Origin: an uncultured Gammaproteobacteria bacterium | Lineage (GTDB): Bacteria; Pseudomonadota; Gammaproteobacteria; Tethybacterales; Tethybacteraceae | DNA: 64,000 bases | Reading direction: 5' to 3' | Assembly: GCA_964509765.1 (NCBI GenBank) | Contig: CAZDYI010000011.1 | Coordinates: 12,824 to 76,823 of the forward strand | Shown: positions 9,280 through 20,971 of the stretch, piece after piece | Numbering within the stretch: the stretch's first letter is position 1 | Layout: the number at the start of each line of letters is the position of its first letter | Program-made: the position numbers and the translations under genes | The notes under the pieces: generated by a model | Database searches by the model: none | Seen by the model: the letters and a program-made list of their open reading frames with translations, nothing else | What the model was told of the DNA's origin: nothing

Positions 9280-10220
9280 CGCATCCCATTCCGGAAGCGG
9301 AGCGGAAGCGGATCAACAAGGCGATGCAAGACTGGCGCCAGGGCGACATCGTGTTGGGAGACGACCTGGAGGCTGTTCACATGGCTGACCTGTCACTCGC
9401 GCACAGCCCTCAGTCCCGGGACTGCGTAAGGGAGCTTCTATTGCAGGGGCGGGTAGCGGAACCAGGGACGGTCCCGGTGCTGGACGACAATGTGCACGGG
9501 ATGGTCATGCTGAGCCATTCCTGCGAGATCGTGCGGGACTGCGTCAACCGTCCGTTCGTCGTGCTGGCGCCCTTGGTTCCGGTCAGCAAGGAATGGATGA
9601 GGGAAATCCGCCTCAGGAGAAGGCTGAGGTACATATTCGTCCCTGCAACGGAAGGGGAGCTCCTGGTCGGCGACCTTGAGAAGTCGACGATATACGAGAA
9701 GGCTTCGGTCGCGGGATGGAAGCGCACTCCCGGCTGGAAGGATGACCTGGAAGGCAAGGTCTTTGCCGACACGCTCGCCCACAAGTTCTCGCGCGTTGCC
9801 TTTCCTGACGACTTCCTGCAAGCCTGCAGCGCAATGAGCGACCACATAACTTCTGAGCACAAAAAGGATTCAGCGGAGGGGGCGATGCTCCGAAAACTGG
9901 ATGAGATCCTGGTGTGCCCGCGCCCTTCTTGGGACAGCGAAAAGGTGTCCCTCGACTGGTGGTTCGTCATCGGAGAATCCGTCAAGGAAGTGGACGCGGA
10001 CAAGTGGACGCGGCATCTCAACACGTGGGTTTCACTGTTTGACTGTTCAGGTCGTTACAGACTAGGAAAAAAGACTGCGTGCAAGCACACCCAGTTCACG
10101 GCAGACGACTACAGGAAGAGCTTCAGGCTCGACTTCGACAGCCTGTCCTTCCCGGATGGGCCGACTGGAGCCGGCGGCATGGATCAGAAAAAATCCGTCG
10201 CCGATGCTTCATCGCCGTGA
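9276..10220 (+). CDS. Hypothetical 314-aa protein coupled by ATGA overlap to the triple-repeat gene
   Basis: Start codon overlaps the upstream stop (ATGA); no recognisable motif, and no obvious RES motif. Confidence 0.5.
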   Translation: MTHPIPEAERKRINKAMQDWRQGDIVLGDDLEAVHMADLSLAHSPQSRDCVRELLLQGRVAEPGTVPVLDDNVHGMVMLSHSCEIVRDCVNRPFVVLAPLVPVSKEWMREIRLRRRLRYIFVPATEGELLVGDLEKSTIYEKASVAGWKRTPGWKDDLEGKVFADTLAHKFSRVAFPDDFLQACSAMSDHITSEHKKDSAEGAMLRKLDEILVCPRPSWDSEKVSLDWWFVIGESVKEVDADKWTRHLNTWVSLFDCSGRYRLGKKTACKHTQFTADDYRKSFRLDFDSLSFPDGPTGAGGMDQKKSVADASSP

Positions 10221-10272
10221 CTGAGCCTGAAGCCGGCGGCGCGGTCGCCTGTGTCAGAATGACCCGGCGGCC

Positions 10273-11472
10273 ATGAGCGAAACCGAGCGCGACCACCGCG
10301 ACCCCGGGGTCCTCAAGGACGAGGTCAGGGCGATCATGGACTTCTACCATCCGCGCTGCATGGACCTCGAGCGCGGCGGCTACATAAACCAGCTCACCGA
10401 CGACGGAACGGTGTTCGACCGCGACACCAAGCACCTCGTCGGCACCTGCCGGTTCGTTTTCAACTTCGCGCAGTCCGCCGGCGTTCTCGGCAGGCCGGAG
10501 TACCTTGCCTGCGCGAGGCACGGCCTCGACTTTTTGCGCGACGGCCACCGCCGTGCCGACGGCGGCTACGCCTGGGTGCTCGGCAAGGGCCTCGAGGTTA
10601 TGGACGGAACCCGGCACTGCTACGGCCACGCGTTCGTCCTGCTCGCCGCGGCCGCGTCGGCGCATGCGGGGGTCGAGGGAGCGTCCGGACTGATTTCCGA
10701 TTCGTTCGATCTCGTCGAGGAGCGCTTCTGGGAGGGGCGCCACGGCCTGTACGCGGACGAGATCGCCGCGGGCGACTGGTCCGCGGTCTCGCCGTACCGC
10801 GGTCAGAACGCGAACATGCACATGTGCGACGCGATGTTCTGGGCCTGGAAGGCGACGGGCGAGAAGCGGTACCTCGACCGCGCAGTCGCGCTCGCTCAGC
10901 GCCTGTGCGTGGACCTTGCGGACGAGGAGACCGGCCGGGTTTGGGAGCACTTCACCGAGGGCTGGGAGCCCGACTTCGGCTACAACCGCGACGACCCGAA
11001 GAACCTGTTCCGCCCCCACGGCTACCTGCCGGGGCACTTCGCGGAGTGGGCGAAGATCCTGCTCGCGCTCGAGCGTGCGAGGGCGGAGGACTGGATGCTG
11101 CCGGCCGCGCGGCGGCTGTTCGACGACGCCATGGACACCTGCTGGGACGGGCAGCGCGGCGGCATGCACTACGCCTTCGCGCCTGACGGGACCATCCTGG
11201 ACACCGACCGCTACTACTGGGTGTTCGCCGAGGCCGCCGCGGCCGCCGCGGCGCTTGCGGTGCGCACGGTCGAGGAGCGGTACTGGAAGTGGTACGCCCG
11301 CATCTGGGACTACGCGGACCGTCATTTCATAGACCGCGAGCGCGGAGGCTGGTACCGGGTGCTTGACGCCGACGGCAACAGGCACGATGACAGGAAGAGC
11401 CCGGCGGCGAAGACCGACTACCACCCGCTTGCGGCATGCGTGGAGATACTCGAGGTGATGGGCGAGGCTTGA
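10273..11472 (+). CDS. N-acylglucosamine 2-epimerase (AGE) superfamily isomerase/epimerase
   Basis: 399 aa with an (alpha/alpha)6-type AGE pattern: 'GGYINQLTDDGTVFD...KHLVGTCRFVFNFA...RHCYGHAFVLLA...ANMHMCDAMF'. Confidence 0.75.
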   Translation: MSETERDHRDPGVLKDEVRAIMDFYHPRCMDLERGGYINQLTDDGTVFDRDTKHLVGTCRFVFNFAQSAGVLGRPEYLACARHGLDFLRDGHRRADGGYAWVLGKGLEVMDGTRHCYGHAFVLLAAAASAHAGVEGASGLISDSFDLVEERFWEGRHGLYADEIAAGDWSAVSPYRGQNANMHMCDAMFWAWKATGEKRYLDRAVALAQRLCVDLADEETGRVWEHFTEGWEPDFGYNRDDPKNLFRPHGYLPGHFAEWAKILLALERARAEDWMLPAARRLFDDAMDTCWDGQRGGMHYAFAPDGTILDTDRYYWVFAEAAAAAAALAVRTVEERYWKWYARIWDYADRHFIDRERGGWYRVLDADGNRHDDRKSPAAKTDYHPLAACVEILEVMGEA

Positions 11473-11541
11473 GGCCCGGCCCCGGGCGGCGCCCGCCGCG
11501 TTTGTTAAAATCGCCCGTTTTAATTCCCCGGCGGACTGCGC

Positions 11542-12807
<1,266 letters not shown>

Positions 12808-12832
12808 GGCGGGCAGGGCCCGCCGCGAGCAG

Positions 12833-15619
12833 ATGCCGGCCTCGGAAGGGGAGAGCAAGGCAGGTTACGGCGACACCCTGAACCTGCTTTCGACGCCGTT
12901 CCCGATGCGCGGGAACCTGGCGAAGCGGGAGCCGGAGATGCTCCGGCGCAACCGGGAGACCGACCTCTACGGCCGGATCCGAAAGGCGGCCAAGGGCCGC
13001 CCGCGCTTCGAGCTCCACGACGGGCCGCCGTACGCAAACGGCGACATCCACCTCGGGCACGTGGTCAACAAGTGCCTCAAGGACTTCGTCGTCCGCTCGC
13101 GGTCGGCGCTGGGGTACGACGCACGCTACCGCCCCGGCTGGGACTGTCACGGCCTGCCGATCGAGCGCGAGCTCGAGAAGCTCGGCGTTCCCAAGGACGA
13201 CCCGACGGAGTTCCGGCGCCGCTGCCGCGAGTTCGCCGCCGAGCAGATCGGCCGCCAGCGCGAGGGCTTCGAGCGCCTCGGGGTCCTCGGCGACTGGGAG
13301 AACCACTACCGGACGATGGAGCCCGCGACCGAGGCCGGGATCGTCCGCGCCCTGGGCGCGCTCGTGCGCACCGGGCTGGTCTACCGCGGCCTGCGGCCGG
13401 TGCTGCACTGCCCGGTGTGCGAGTCCTCGCTCGCCGAGGCCGAGATCGAGTACGAGGACCGGACCTCGACCGCGGTCGACGTCGCCTTCCCCGCGGACGA
13501 GAAGGCCGTTGCCGAGGCATTCGGCCTGGACTCCGCCGAAGGCGCCGCCGCGGTCATCTGGACGACCACGGTGTGGACCCTGCCGGCGAACCGCGCGGTC
13601 GCCTTCAACCCGGAGATCGAGTACGCCGCGGTGCGCACGGAGCGCGGCCTGCTGCTCGTGGCAGCCGAACTCGTCGACCCGTGCCTGGAGAGGTACGGGA
13701 TCGAGGGCGAGACTTTCGCGACAGTTCCGGGAGAGAGGCTTTCCGGAATCTCCTGCCGCCACCCGTTCTATGACAGGGAGGCTCCGCTTCTGCCCGGGTC
13801 CCACGTGACGACTGAGGAGGGAACGGGGCTGGTGCACACCGCACCCGCGCACGGCGAGGACGACTTCGCGCACGGCGACGCACGCGGGCTGGACGCGGAA
13901 AGCCCGGTCGACGAAAAGTGCAGGTTCCGCGACTCGCTCGAGCTTTTCGGCGGCAAGGAGATCTGGGAGGCGGTCCCGGACATCGTCAGGGTCATGGAGG
14001 AAAACGGGACCCTGCTTAGGTCGGGCGACCACGTGCACAGCTATCCGGTCTGCTGGCGGCACAAGGTGCCGGTGATCTACCGCACCAGCAGGCAGTGGTT
14101 CATGGCGATGGACGAGAAGGGAACCGGCGACAGGACACTGCGCGAGCGCGGCCTGGACGCGATAGAAAAAACCGAGTTCTACCCGGCCTGGGGCAGGCAG
14201 CGGATGGCGGCGATGGTCCAAAACAGGCCGGACTGGTGCCTGTCGCGCCAGCGGATGTGGAACTCGCCGGTCGCGCTGTTCGTCGACAGGGAAAGCGGCG
14301 AGCTCCACCCGCGCACCGACGAGCTCGTCGAGAAGGCCGCGGAGAAAATCGAAAAGGGCGGGATCGATGCCTGGTTCGCAAGCAGCGCGGAGGAGTTCCT
14401 CGGCGACGAGGCCGGCCGCTACGAGAAGGTCGCCGACACGCTGGACGTGTGGTTCGACTCAGGGGTGACGCACCGCAGCGTGATGGGCTGGAACGGGGGC
14501 GACAAGAACCGCCCCGACATCTACCTCGAGGGCTCGGACCAGCACCGCGGCTGGTTCATGTCTTCGCTGATGACCGCCTGCGCGCTCCACGGCGAGGCGC
14601 CGTGGCGGCAGATCCTCACCCACGGCTTCGTCGTCGGCGGCGACGGCCGCAAGATGAGCAAGTCCGCAGGCAACGCGCTGCGCCCGGAAAAGCTCCTAGG
14701 CAGTCACGGCGCGGACATACTCAGGCTTTGGGTCGCGTCGTCGGACTACAGCCACGAGATAAAGCTGTCCGAGGACATCATCAAGACCGCCGTCGACAGC
14801 TACCGGCTGCTGCGCAACAGGATCCGCTTTTTGCTTGCGAACCTGTCCGACTTCGACCCGGAGCGCGACGCGCTCGTGACCGAGGACCTCGCTGAGCTCG
14901 ACCGCTACATGCTCGTCGTGGCCGAAGGGTGCAGGAAGAGGGTGGCCGAGGCATACGAGGCGTACAACTTCCTAGGCGCGACGCAGACTGTCCACGCGCT
15001 GTGCAACCAGGACCTCGGGCGCTTCTACCTCGACGTGCTCAAGGACCGCCTGTACACCCTGCCGGCGGATTGCCGCGCGCGGCGGTCGGCCCAGACCGCC
15101 ATGCACCGCATCGCAAGGCTCGTCCTGGTTTCGCTAGGGCCGACGCTGTCGTTCACGGCCGACGAGGCCTGGCAGGCGCTCACCGGCGACCCGGACGAAA
15201 GCGTCATGCTGCACGTTCTCGAGCCGGTTCCTCAGCCAGCCGACGCCGAGGCGCTTGAGAAGCGCTGGGAGTGCGTCCGCCGCTGGCGCGCGCGGGCGCA
15301 GAAGGCCGTTGACGAGGCGCGCGCCGCGGGGACCGTTGACTGTCCCGACGTCGAGCTGAAGGTCTCGCTTGCCGTTCCCGCCGACGACCATGCAGAGCTG
15401 TCGGCGCTGTCGGCTGCGGACCTCGCTGCGGTGCTGATCGTCTCCGAGGTCGAGCTTACAGAGGGCGACGGATCGGTAGAGGTCAGCAGGTCGTCGTTCG
15501 AAAAGTGCGAGAGGTGCTGGCGCCGGGCCGACGGAGTGGGAGCCGGCGGCGACAAGGGGATCTGCGAACGTTGCGAACAGGCGATTGCGGGTTCCGCGGA
15601 CGTCGGGCGGCAGGCGTAG
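12833..15619 (+). CDS. ileS: Isoleucyl-tRNA synthetase
   Basis: '[23 protein letters not shown]', HIGH-type '[11 protein letters not shown]', 'KMSKS' motif, and a C-terminal Zn finger 'CERCW'. Confidence 0.9.
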   Translation: MPASEGESKAGYGDTLNLLSTPFPMRGNLAKREPEMLRRNRETDLYGRIRKAAKGRPRFELHDGPPYANGDIHLGHVVNKCLKDFVVRSRSALGYDARYRPGWDCHGLPIERELEKLGVPKDDPTEFRRRCREFAAEQIGRQREGFERLGVLGDWENHYRTMEPATEAGIVRALGALVRTGLVYRGLRPVLHCPVCESSLAEAEIEYEDRTSTAVDVAFPADEKAVAEAFGLDSAEGAAAVIWTTTVWTLPANRAVAFNPEIEYAAVRTERGLLLVAAELVDPCLERYGIEGETFATVPGERLSGISCRHPFYDREAPLLPGSHVTTEEGTGLVHTAPAHGEDDFAHGDARGLDAESPVDEKCRFRDSLELFGGKEIWEAVPDIVRVMEENGTLLRSGDHVHSYPVCWRHKVPVIYRTSRQWFMAMDEKGTGDRTLRERGLDAIEKTEFYPAWGRQRMAAMVQNRPDWCLSRQRMWNSPVALFVDRESGELHPRTDELVEKAAEKIEKGGIDAWFASSAEEFLGDEAGRYEKVADTLDVWFDSGVTHRSVMGWNGGDKNRPDIYLEGSDQHRGWFMSSLMTACALHGEAPWRQILTHGFVVGGDGRKMSKSAGNALRPEKLLGSHGADILRLWVASSDYSHEIKLSEDIIKTAVDSYRLLRNRIRFLLANLSDFDPERDALVTEDLAELDRYMLVVAEGCRKRVAEAYEAYNFLGATQTVHALCNQDLGRFYLDVLKDRLYTLPADCRARRSAQTAMHRIARLVLVSLGPTLSFTADEAWQALTGDPDESVMLHVLEPVPQPADAEALEKRWECVRRWRARAQKAVDEARAAGTVDCPDVELKVSLAVPADDHAELSALSAADLAAVLIVSEVELTEGDGSVEVSRSSFEKCERCWRRADGVGAGGDKGICERCEQAIAGSADVGRQA

Positions 15620-15698
15620 ACCCGGCCGTCACTCTGCGCGCCTCGTTTCTCACGCCGGCGGCCAGGTTAGCGGGTCGCTCAGGAAGTTCTGCATCAAG

Positions 15699-15713
15699 GC
15701 CGGCATTGCCGGC
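15699..15713. terminator. GC hairpin GCCGGCA-T-TGCCGGC between convergent ileS and gshB (a second, GCCGGC...GCCGGC, at ~15765-15790)
   Basis: Perfect 7-bp stem read from the sequence; no clear U-tract follows. Confidence 0.3.
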
Positions 15714-15783
15714 AACCGCCAACCTGAACAGCCGCGTTTCAATGCGGCCTTAATCAGAAATCCTCCAGCCTTCCGGCTTGCTG

Positions 15784-16770
15784 CTAGCCGGCCTGCCTCT
15801 TGGACTTCGGCGTCTTCCCCCTGTAACTCGGCCTGCCCCGGACGAACGACTCCTTGATCACGTCGTCCGCCAGGGAATGCCCGGTCTGGTCCCGCGCCGT
15901 GCGCAGGCCGGTGGGGCAGGTGATGTTGATCTCCGTGAGCTTGCCGCCGATGACGTCGATGCCCGCGAAGTAGATTCCTGCGGCGAGCAGGTCCTTGCCG
16001 ATCGCCTCTGCTATGCGCCTTTCGTCCTCGCCGAGGTCCATCGCCTCCGGCCTGCCCCCCGCGATCATGTTGCCGAGGTGCGATCCCTCGGCGGGGACAC
16101 GGTTGAGCATCGTCTTGTGCGGCCTTCCGCCTATGACAAACACGCGCCGGTCGCCGTCCTCGATCCCGGCGAGCCGCTCCTGGACGACGACGTGACCTCC
16201 GCCCTCGAGGAGCAGGGCGATCGCGACCCGGACGTTCGTGTCGCCCGGGCCGAACGAGAAAACGCCCTTGCCGCCCATCTGCCCGACCGGCTTGACGACG
16301 CAACCGGACGGAAGCGCAGCCGCGAACTCCGCGAGGGCATCAGGATTGCTCCCGACCATCGTCTCCGGTGCCAGGTCGGGGCGGAAGAGCGAGTGGACCT
16401 TCTCGTCGAGGAACGCGACCGAGCGCGGGTCGTTGGCGACCCTTACGTCGTACTCCTTTGCGATCTCGAGCATGGCGCAGACGTTGCGGAAGCCCTCGTC
16501 GACCGGCGGCTCGAGCCGCAGCGCTATGCCGTCGAGCTCGGATGCGTGCGCCTCCCGGCGCTCGCCGAGCCTGCACCACTTCCGGTCGTTTTCGCTCGGG
16601 ATAACCTGCCGGCCGCTCAGGCGCAGGCCGAAGCTCCCGCAGGAGACGCCGCGGCGCATCACCGCGATCACCTCGTCGCCGCGCCGGTGGTGGGCGCGGA
16701 TCAGCTCTACCGTGCTGTCGGTCGCCGCGTTGAGCCGCCCCGTCGGGTCCATGACGTATGCGACCCGCAT
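15784..16770 (-). CDS. gshB: Glutathione synthetase (ATP-grasp)
   Basis: 'MRVAYVMDP...DSTVELIRAHHRRGDEV' N-terminus and a 328-aa length match GshB. Confidence 0.85.
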   Translation of the reverse strand: MRVAYVMDPTGRLNAATDSTVELIRAHHRRGDEVIAVMRRGVSCGSFGLRLSGRQVIPSENDRKWCRLGERREAHASELDGIALRLEPPVDEGFRNVCAMLEIAKEYDVRVANDPRSVAFLDEKVHSLFRPDLAPETMVGSNPDALAEFAAALPSGCVVKPVGQMGGKGVFSFGPGDTNVRVAIALLLEGGGHVVVQERLAGIEDGDRRVFVIGGRPHKTMLNRVPAEGSHLGNMIAGGRPEAMDLGEDERRIAEAIGKDLLAAGIYFAGIDVIGGKLTEINITCPTGLRTARDQTGHSLADDVIKESFVRGRPSYRGKTPKSKRQAG

Positions 16771-16800
16771 GGCGGCGTTCCCAAGCCTTGCGGCCCGGGC

Positions 16801-17439
16801 TCAGAGCGTCCTGTCTTCGAGAACCTCGACGTTGACCAGGACCCCGACTGTGCGCTCGGGCTTGTACGGGAGCTCGCCGGTGAACTCCATCCCGTTGTAG
16901 TCGTAGGTCACCCGGTACTTGGTGATGACCTTCTTCGAGACGACGTTCTTGCCGCACTCGGACGCGAAGGTCTGCGGGCTGCGCGAGAGCTTGCCGGTCG
17001 CGAGCGCCGAGCCGAGCACCGCTCCCATCGCGGTCGCGGTTGTCTTTCCTGAGCCGTCGCCGACCTGGTTGCCGATGATCCCGCCCGCGATCGCGCCGAG
17101 CAGCTCCTCGCCGCTGACGTAGCTGTCGCCCGTTGCGACCTTGCTGCCGATGATCGCCCCGAGCGCGGCCGCGGCGTCCTGTCCGGAGCCCTTGCCGAAC
17201 TGCGCGCCGGCCACGCCTCCGAACGCCGCGCCGAGGATCGCGAGCGTCGGGTCGCTGCTCGCCGGCCGGCTGTACGCCGAGTGGCTGCAGCTCGCGGCGG
17301 GCGCGTAGAGCGTCTCGACGACGGGCTGGGTCGACAGGACTATGCCCGTGTCGATGTACTCTTCCGCGCCGGAAACAGTCAGCGGAATCAACGCGCAAAG
17401 CGCGACAGTTGAGGAGGTCAGGGCGGTTCTGATGTTCAT
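16801..17439 (-). CDS. Secreted glycine-zipper (SlyB/17-kDa-antigen-like) outer-membrane lipoprotein
   Basis: Signal peptide followed by repeated GxxxG zippers: 'GAAFGGVAGAQFG', 'LGAIIGSKVATG', 'IAGGIIGNQVGDG', 'MGAVLGSALATG'. Confidence 0.55.
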   Translation of the reverse strand: MNIRTALTSSTVALCALIPLTVSGAEEYIDTGIVLSTQPVVETLYAPAASCSHSAYSRPASSDPTLAILGAAFGGVAGAQFGKGSGQDAAAALGAIIGSKVATGDSYVSGEELLGAIAGGIIGNQVGDGSGKTTATAMGAVLGSALATGKLSRSPQTFASECGKNVVSKKVITKYRVTYDYNGMEFTGELPYKPERTVGVLVNVEVLEDRTL

Positions 17440-17499
17440 GGCGTCTCTGAGGATGGTTCACCTATATTATCAACTTAAGTGACAGGAATTTCAAGTGTT

Positions 17500-17560
17500 C
17501 GCCCCCAAGTGGGGGATTTTGTGGGAATTTGTGTTATGATAGTGTTCCATCGTGGGATAG
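17500..17560 (+). promoter_or_regulatory. mra promoter/operator region: palindrome CCCCCA-AG-TGGGGG plus repeated GTGGG(A) boxes (17509, 17521, 17552) upstream of mraZ
   Basis: GTGGG direct repeats spaced roughly one helical turn apart, as reported for MraZ-binding sites; palindrome read directly from the sequence. Confidence 0.4.
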
Positions 17561-17570
17561 AGTAAACAGG

Positions 17571-18026
17571 ATGTTCAGGGGGACCTACGCCGTCAAGCTC
17601 GACTCAAAGGGCCGGGCGGTGGTGCCGAGCCGCTTCCGCTCCGCGCTCGAGAGCGGCGGCCACGACAGCCTGGTGGTGACCGGCCATCCGGACGGCTACC
17701 TGCTGCTGATGCCCAGGGCGGGGTACGAGGCCCTCGAGCGCAAGGTGCGCAAGCTGCCCGACTCCGGCCGGCACGCGCTGTACTACAAGCAGACCCTGAT
17801 CGGCCTAGCCGACGACTCGATCTCGTTCGACAAGGCCGGGCGCATCCCGCTCGGATCGGAGCTGCGCTCGCACGCGGGGATGGACGCGGACGTGTCCGTC
17901 GTCGGCATGCACGACCACATCAGGCTCTGGAGCAAGGAGCGCCTCGACGAGCTCCACTCGAGCTACAGGGACAACGGCGACGGCGGGACGAACGTCCCCG
18001 AGGGCTGGGATGGGTTCACGGTCTGA
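17571..18026 (+). CDS. mraZ: Transcriptional regulator MraZ
   Basis: 'MFRGTYAVKLDSKGRAVVPSRFR' N-terminus; two-repeat MraZ fold; position at the head of the dcw cluster. Confidence 0.9.
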   Translation: MFRGTYAVKLDSKGRAVVPSRFRSALESGGHDSLVVTGHPDGYLLLMPRAGYEALERKVRKLPDSGRHALYYKQTLIGLADDSISFDKAGRIPLGSELRSHAGMDADVSVVGMHDHIRLWSKERLDELHSSYRDNGDGGTNVPEGWDGFTV

Positions 18027-18882
18027 GCTCCACGTTCCGGTCATGCGGGACGAGGCCGTCTCCGCGCTCGTCTCCAACACCAGCGGCATCTACCTTGATG
18101 CAACCTTCGGCGCCGGCGGCCACAGCCGGGCGATCCTAAATACCCTTTCCTCCTCAGGGCGCCTGATCGCCGCCGACGCCGATCCTCTGGCCGAGAAGGA
18201 GGCGGCGCGGATTGAGGACCCGCGGCTGTCCTTCGTCCGCTCCAACTTCGCCGAGCTCGACTCGGTCCTTGAGCGCTGCGGCGCGGGCGAGGTCGACGGG
18301 GTCCTCATGGACCTCGGGATGTCGTCGGCCCAGGTCGGCGATCCGGAGCGCGGCTTCTCGTTTTCCCACCCCGGTCCGCTGGACATGCGCATGGACTCCT
18401 CCGCCGGCGCAACCCTGGCGGACCGGCTGCGGCGGGTGAGCAGGCGCGAGCTCGCGCGGGTCCTGCGCGAGTACGGGGAGGAGCGCCACGCCCGGGCAAT
18501 CGCCGCGCGGATCGTCGAGCGCCGCGAGCGCGGCGCGCTGCGCACCACCGCCGACGTCGCCGCTGCCTGCGGCGGCGGCAGGGGCAGGAGGCACGCGGCA
18601 ACCAGGGTGTTCCAGGCGCTGCGGATCTGGGTAAACGCCGAGCTCGACAGCCTCGCGAAGGGACTCGCCAAGGCCGCCGAGGCGCTCAGGCGCGGCGGCC
18701 GACTCGTGGTGATCAGCTTCCACTCGCTCGAGGACCGGATCGTCAAGCGCTTCATCACCCCGCCGGCCGGCGGGGAGGGCCCGCTGCGCAGGGAAGGGCG
18801 GGCGCTGCGCCCGTCGAAAGGGGAGGTCGCGGCCAACCGCCGCGCCCGCAGCGCGATCATGCGCGTCGCGGTAAAGGCGTGA
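18010..18882 (+). CDS. rsmH: 16S rRNA (cytosine1402-N4)-methyltransferase
   Basis: 'GIYLDATFGAGGHS' SAM-binding motif; MraW family; synteny within the dcw cluster. Confidence 0.9.
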   Translation: MGSRSELHVPVMRDEAVSALVSNTSGIYLDATFGAGGHSRAILNTLSSSGRLIAADADPLAEKEAARIEDPRLSFVRSNFAELDSVLERCGAGEVDGVLMDLGMSSAQVGDPERGFSFSHPGPLDMRMDSSAGATLADRLRRVSRRELARVLREYGEERHARAIAARIVERRERGALRTTADVAAACGGGRGRRHAATRVFQALRIWVNAELDSLAKGLAKAAEALRRGGRLVVISFHSLEDRIVKRFITPPAGGEGPLRREGRALRPSKGEVAANRRARSAIMRVAVKA

Positions 18883-19217
18883 GCGAAGGCGGCGGGAAGA
18901 GGTCCGACGCCGCGAAGGCGTGGGCGGTTCTCGCGCTCGCGCTCGCATGCTGCGTGGCCGCGGTGATCCTCATCGAGGTCCGCTTCAAGGCCCGCAAGCT
19001 CCAGGCGCGCCTCGACGAGGTCGAGCGGCTCAAGACCGACCTGCGCGAGCAGAACAGCCGCTACATGATCGAGCTCACCTCGTTCTCGGACTACTCCGAG
19101 CTTTACCGCCGCGCGACGGACGAGCACGGCATGGCCTTCCCCGCCTACGAGGAGGGCTCGCTCGTCAACCTCGGGGCGGTCGCCGCCCTCCCGCGGCCGG
19201 AAGGGGAGCGGCGGTGA
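18879..19217 (+). CDS. ftsL: Cell division protein FtsL
   Basis: Small TM + coiled-coil protein between rsmH and ftsI; both flanking genes overlap it by 4 nt. Confidence 0.7.
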   Translation: MSEGGGKRSDAAKAWAVLALALACCVAAVILIEVRFKARKLQARLDEVERLKTDLREQNSRYMIELTSFSDYSELYRRATDEHGMAFPAYEEGSLVNLGAVAALPRPEGERR

Positions 19218-20971
19218 TCAAGCTCCGCGAGCGGCGCTCGGCCTGCGAGCCCTGGCGGGTGCGGCTGGTCGTCGCCGGCTGCCTGCTCGCGTTCGCCTCG
19301 CTGCTCGGCGGCGCGTCCTGGCGCACGCAGATGCAGGGCGACATGCTCGTGAGCGAATCCGAAAGCCGCTACATCGACAGGGTGACCCTCAACGGCGAGA
19401 GGGGCGTGATCTGGGACCGCAACGGGCGGCCGCTCGCAATGAGCTCGGTCGTGTACTCCGCGAGCGTCAACCCGATCCTCTACCGGCGCTGGGCGGCCAG
19501 GGCCGGAAGCAAGCGCAGCGAGAAGGCCGCGGCGCTCATGGGCGAGTCGCTCGGGGTCGGGCGCGAGAGGATCGACGAGGTCCTCGGCCGCGACGAGGGC
19601 TTCGCGTACCTGCGCCACAACATGTCCAAGGAGCGGATGCTCGGCGTGGCCGGCCTCGGGCTGCCGCACCTGAGCTTCGAGAAGCGCTACCGCAGGTTCT
19701 ACCCCTCCGCGCAGGAGGCCGCGCACGTCACGGGCTTCATCGACCGCGAGGGCATCGGCCGCGCCGGGGTCGAGGCCGCGTTCGACGGGACGCTCGCGCC
19801 GGTCGCGGGCGAGGGGCACGTCCTGCGCACGACCGCCGGAGACGTCCTCGAGCTGCTCGGCAAGACGCCGGCCGAGGACGGCGAGCAGGTCGTGCTCACG
19901 ATCGACTCGCGGCTGCAGTACTTCGCCTCGGTCGCGCTGTCGTGGACGCTCGACCGCCACGAGGCCGAGACCGCGTCGCTAGTGCTCATGGACGTGCGCA
20001 CAGGCGACATCCTCGCGCTCGCGAACGTCCCGACCTTCAACCCGAACAGTATCGGCGAGGAGGTCTCGGTCCGGCGCAACCGCGCGGTCCAGGACCTGAT
20101 CGAGCCCGGCTCGACGATGAAGCCGATCCTCGCCGCGGTCGCGGTCGAGCGCGGGGCGGTCGAGCCCGGAACCGTTCTCAAGACCGCGAGGCCGATCCGC
20201 TTCGGCAAGTACACGGTGCGCGACAAGAAGATCGACACCGACCTTACCGTCGCCGAGGTGATCATGCGCTCGTCGAACGTCGGCGCGGTGCGCATCTCCG
20301 AGCTCCTCGAGGACGCCGCGATGTGGGAGGGCTACTCGCGGTTCGGCTTCGGCGGCGGCGAGCTGCTCGGCCTGCCCGGCGAGCAGGCCGGCCTGCTGCG
20401 CGCCCACGAGAGCTGGCGCCCGGTCGAGAAGGCGACGATGACCTACGGCTACGGCCTTTCGGCCAACCTGCTCCAGGTCGCGCGCGCGTACGCAGCGCTC
20501 GGCAACGGCGGGATGCTTCCATCGCCGGGGCTCATGCACGGCGAGGAGCGCCCCGCGCCCGTCCGGGCGGTTTCCGCGGGCACGGCGCGCACGCTCATCG
20601 GCATGCTCGAGAACGTTGTCTCGACCAAGGGCACAGCTCCGAAGGCGGCGATACCCGGCTACCGGGTGGCGGGCAAGACCGGCACGACCAACAGGCGGCT
20701 CGAGGGCGCGAAGGGCTACGACAGCGAGGCCTACCAGTCGCTGTTCGTCGGGATGGCTCCTGCGTCCGCGCCGAGGTTCGTCTGCGCGGTGCTCGTCGAC
20801 AACCCGAAGGCCAACGGCTACTACGGCGGAACCGTGGCCGCGCCGGTGTTCTCCAAGGTCATGGAGCTCGCGCTGCTGATGTACGGCGTCCCGCCCGACG
20901 AGGGTGCGGGCGAGGGCGGGGACGGGACGGTCGTCGCGAGCGCCGGCGGAGCCGCGGCGGGAGGCGGCTGA
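19214..20971 (+). CDS. ftsI: Peptidoglycan D,D-transpeptidase FtsI (PBP3)
   Basis: GTG start overlaps the ftsL stop; STMK ('GSTMKP'), SXN and 'KTGT' motifs are present. Confidence 0.9.
   Translation: MIKLRERRSACEPWRVRLVVAGCLLAFASLLGGASWRTQMQGDMLVSESESRYIDRVTLNGERGVIWDRNGRPLAMSSVVYSASVNPILYRRWAARAGSKRSEKAAALMGESLGVGRERIDEVLGRDEGFAYLRHNMSKERMLGVAGLGLPHLSFEKRYRRFYPSAQEAAHVTGFIDREGIGRAGVEAAFDGTLAPVAGEGHVLRTTAGDVLELLGKTPAEDGEQVVLTIDSRLQYFASVALSWTLDRHEAETASLVLMDVRTGDILALANVPTFNPNSIGEEVSVRRNRAVQDLIEPGSTMKPILAAVAVERGAVEPGTVLKTARPIRFGKYTVRDKKIDTDLTVAEVIMRSSNVGAVRISELLEDAAMWEGYSRFGFGGGELLGLPGEQAGLLRAHESWRPVEKATMTYGYGLSANLLQVARAYAALGNGGMLPSPGLMHGEERPAPVRAVSAGTARTLIGMLENVVSTKGTAPKAAIPGYRVAGKTGTTNRRLEGAKGYDSEAYQSLFVGMAPASAPRFVCAVLVDNPKANGYYGGTVAAPVFSKVMELALLMYGVPPDEGAGEGGDGTVVASAGGAAAGGG

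Noticed and set aside
10123-11424. 433-aa minus-strand ORF antisense to the AGE epimerase gene
   Set aside because: R/P/G/A-rich low-complexity translation typical of antisense frames in 68% GC DNA; the + strand protein has clear family motifs.
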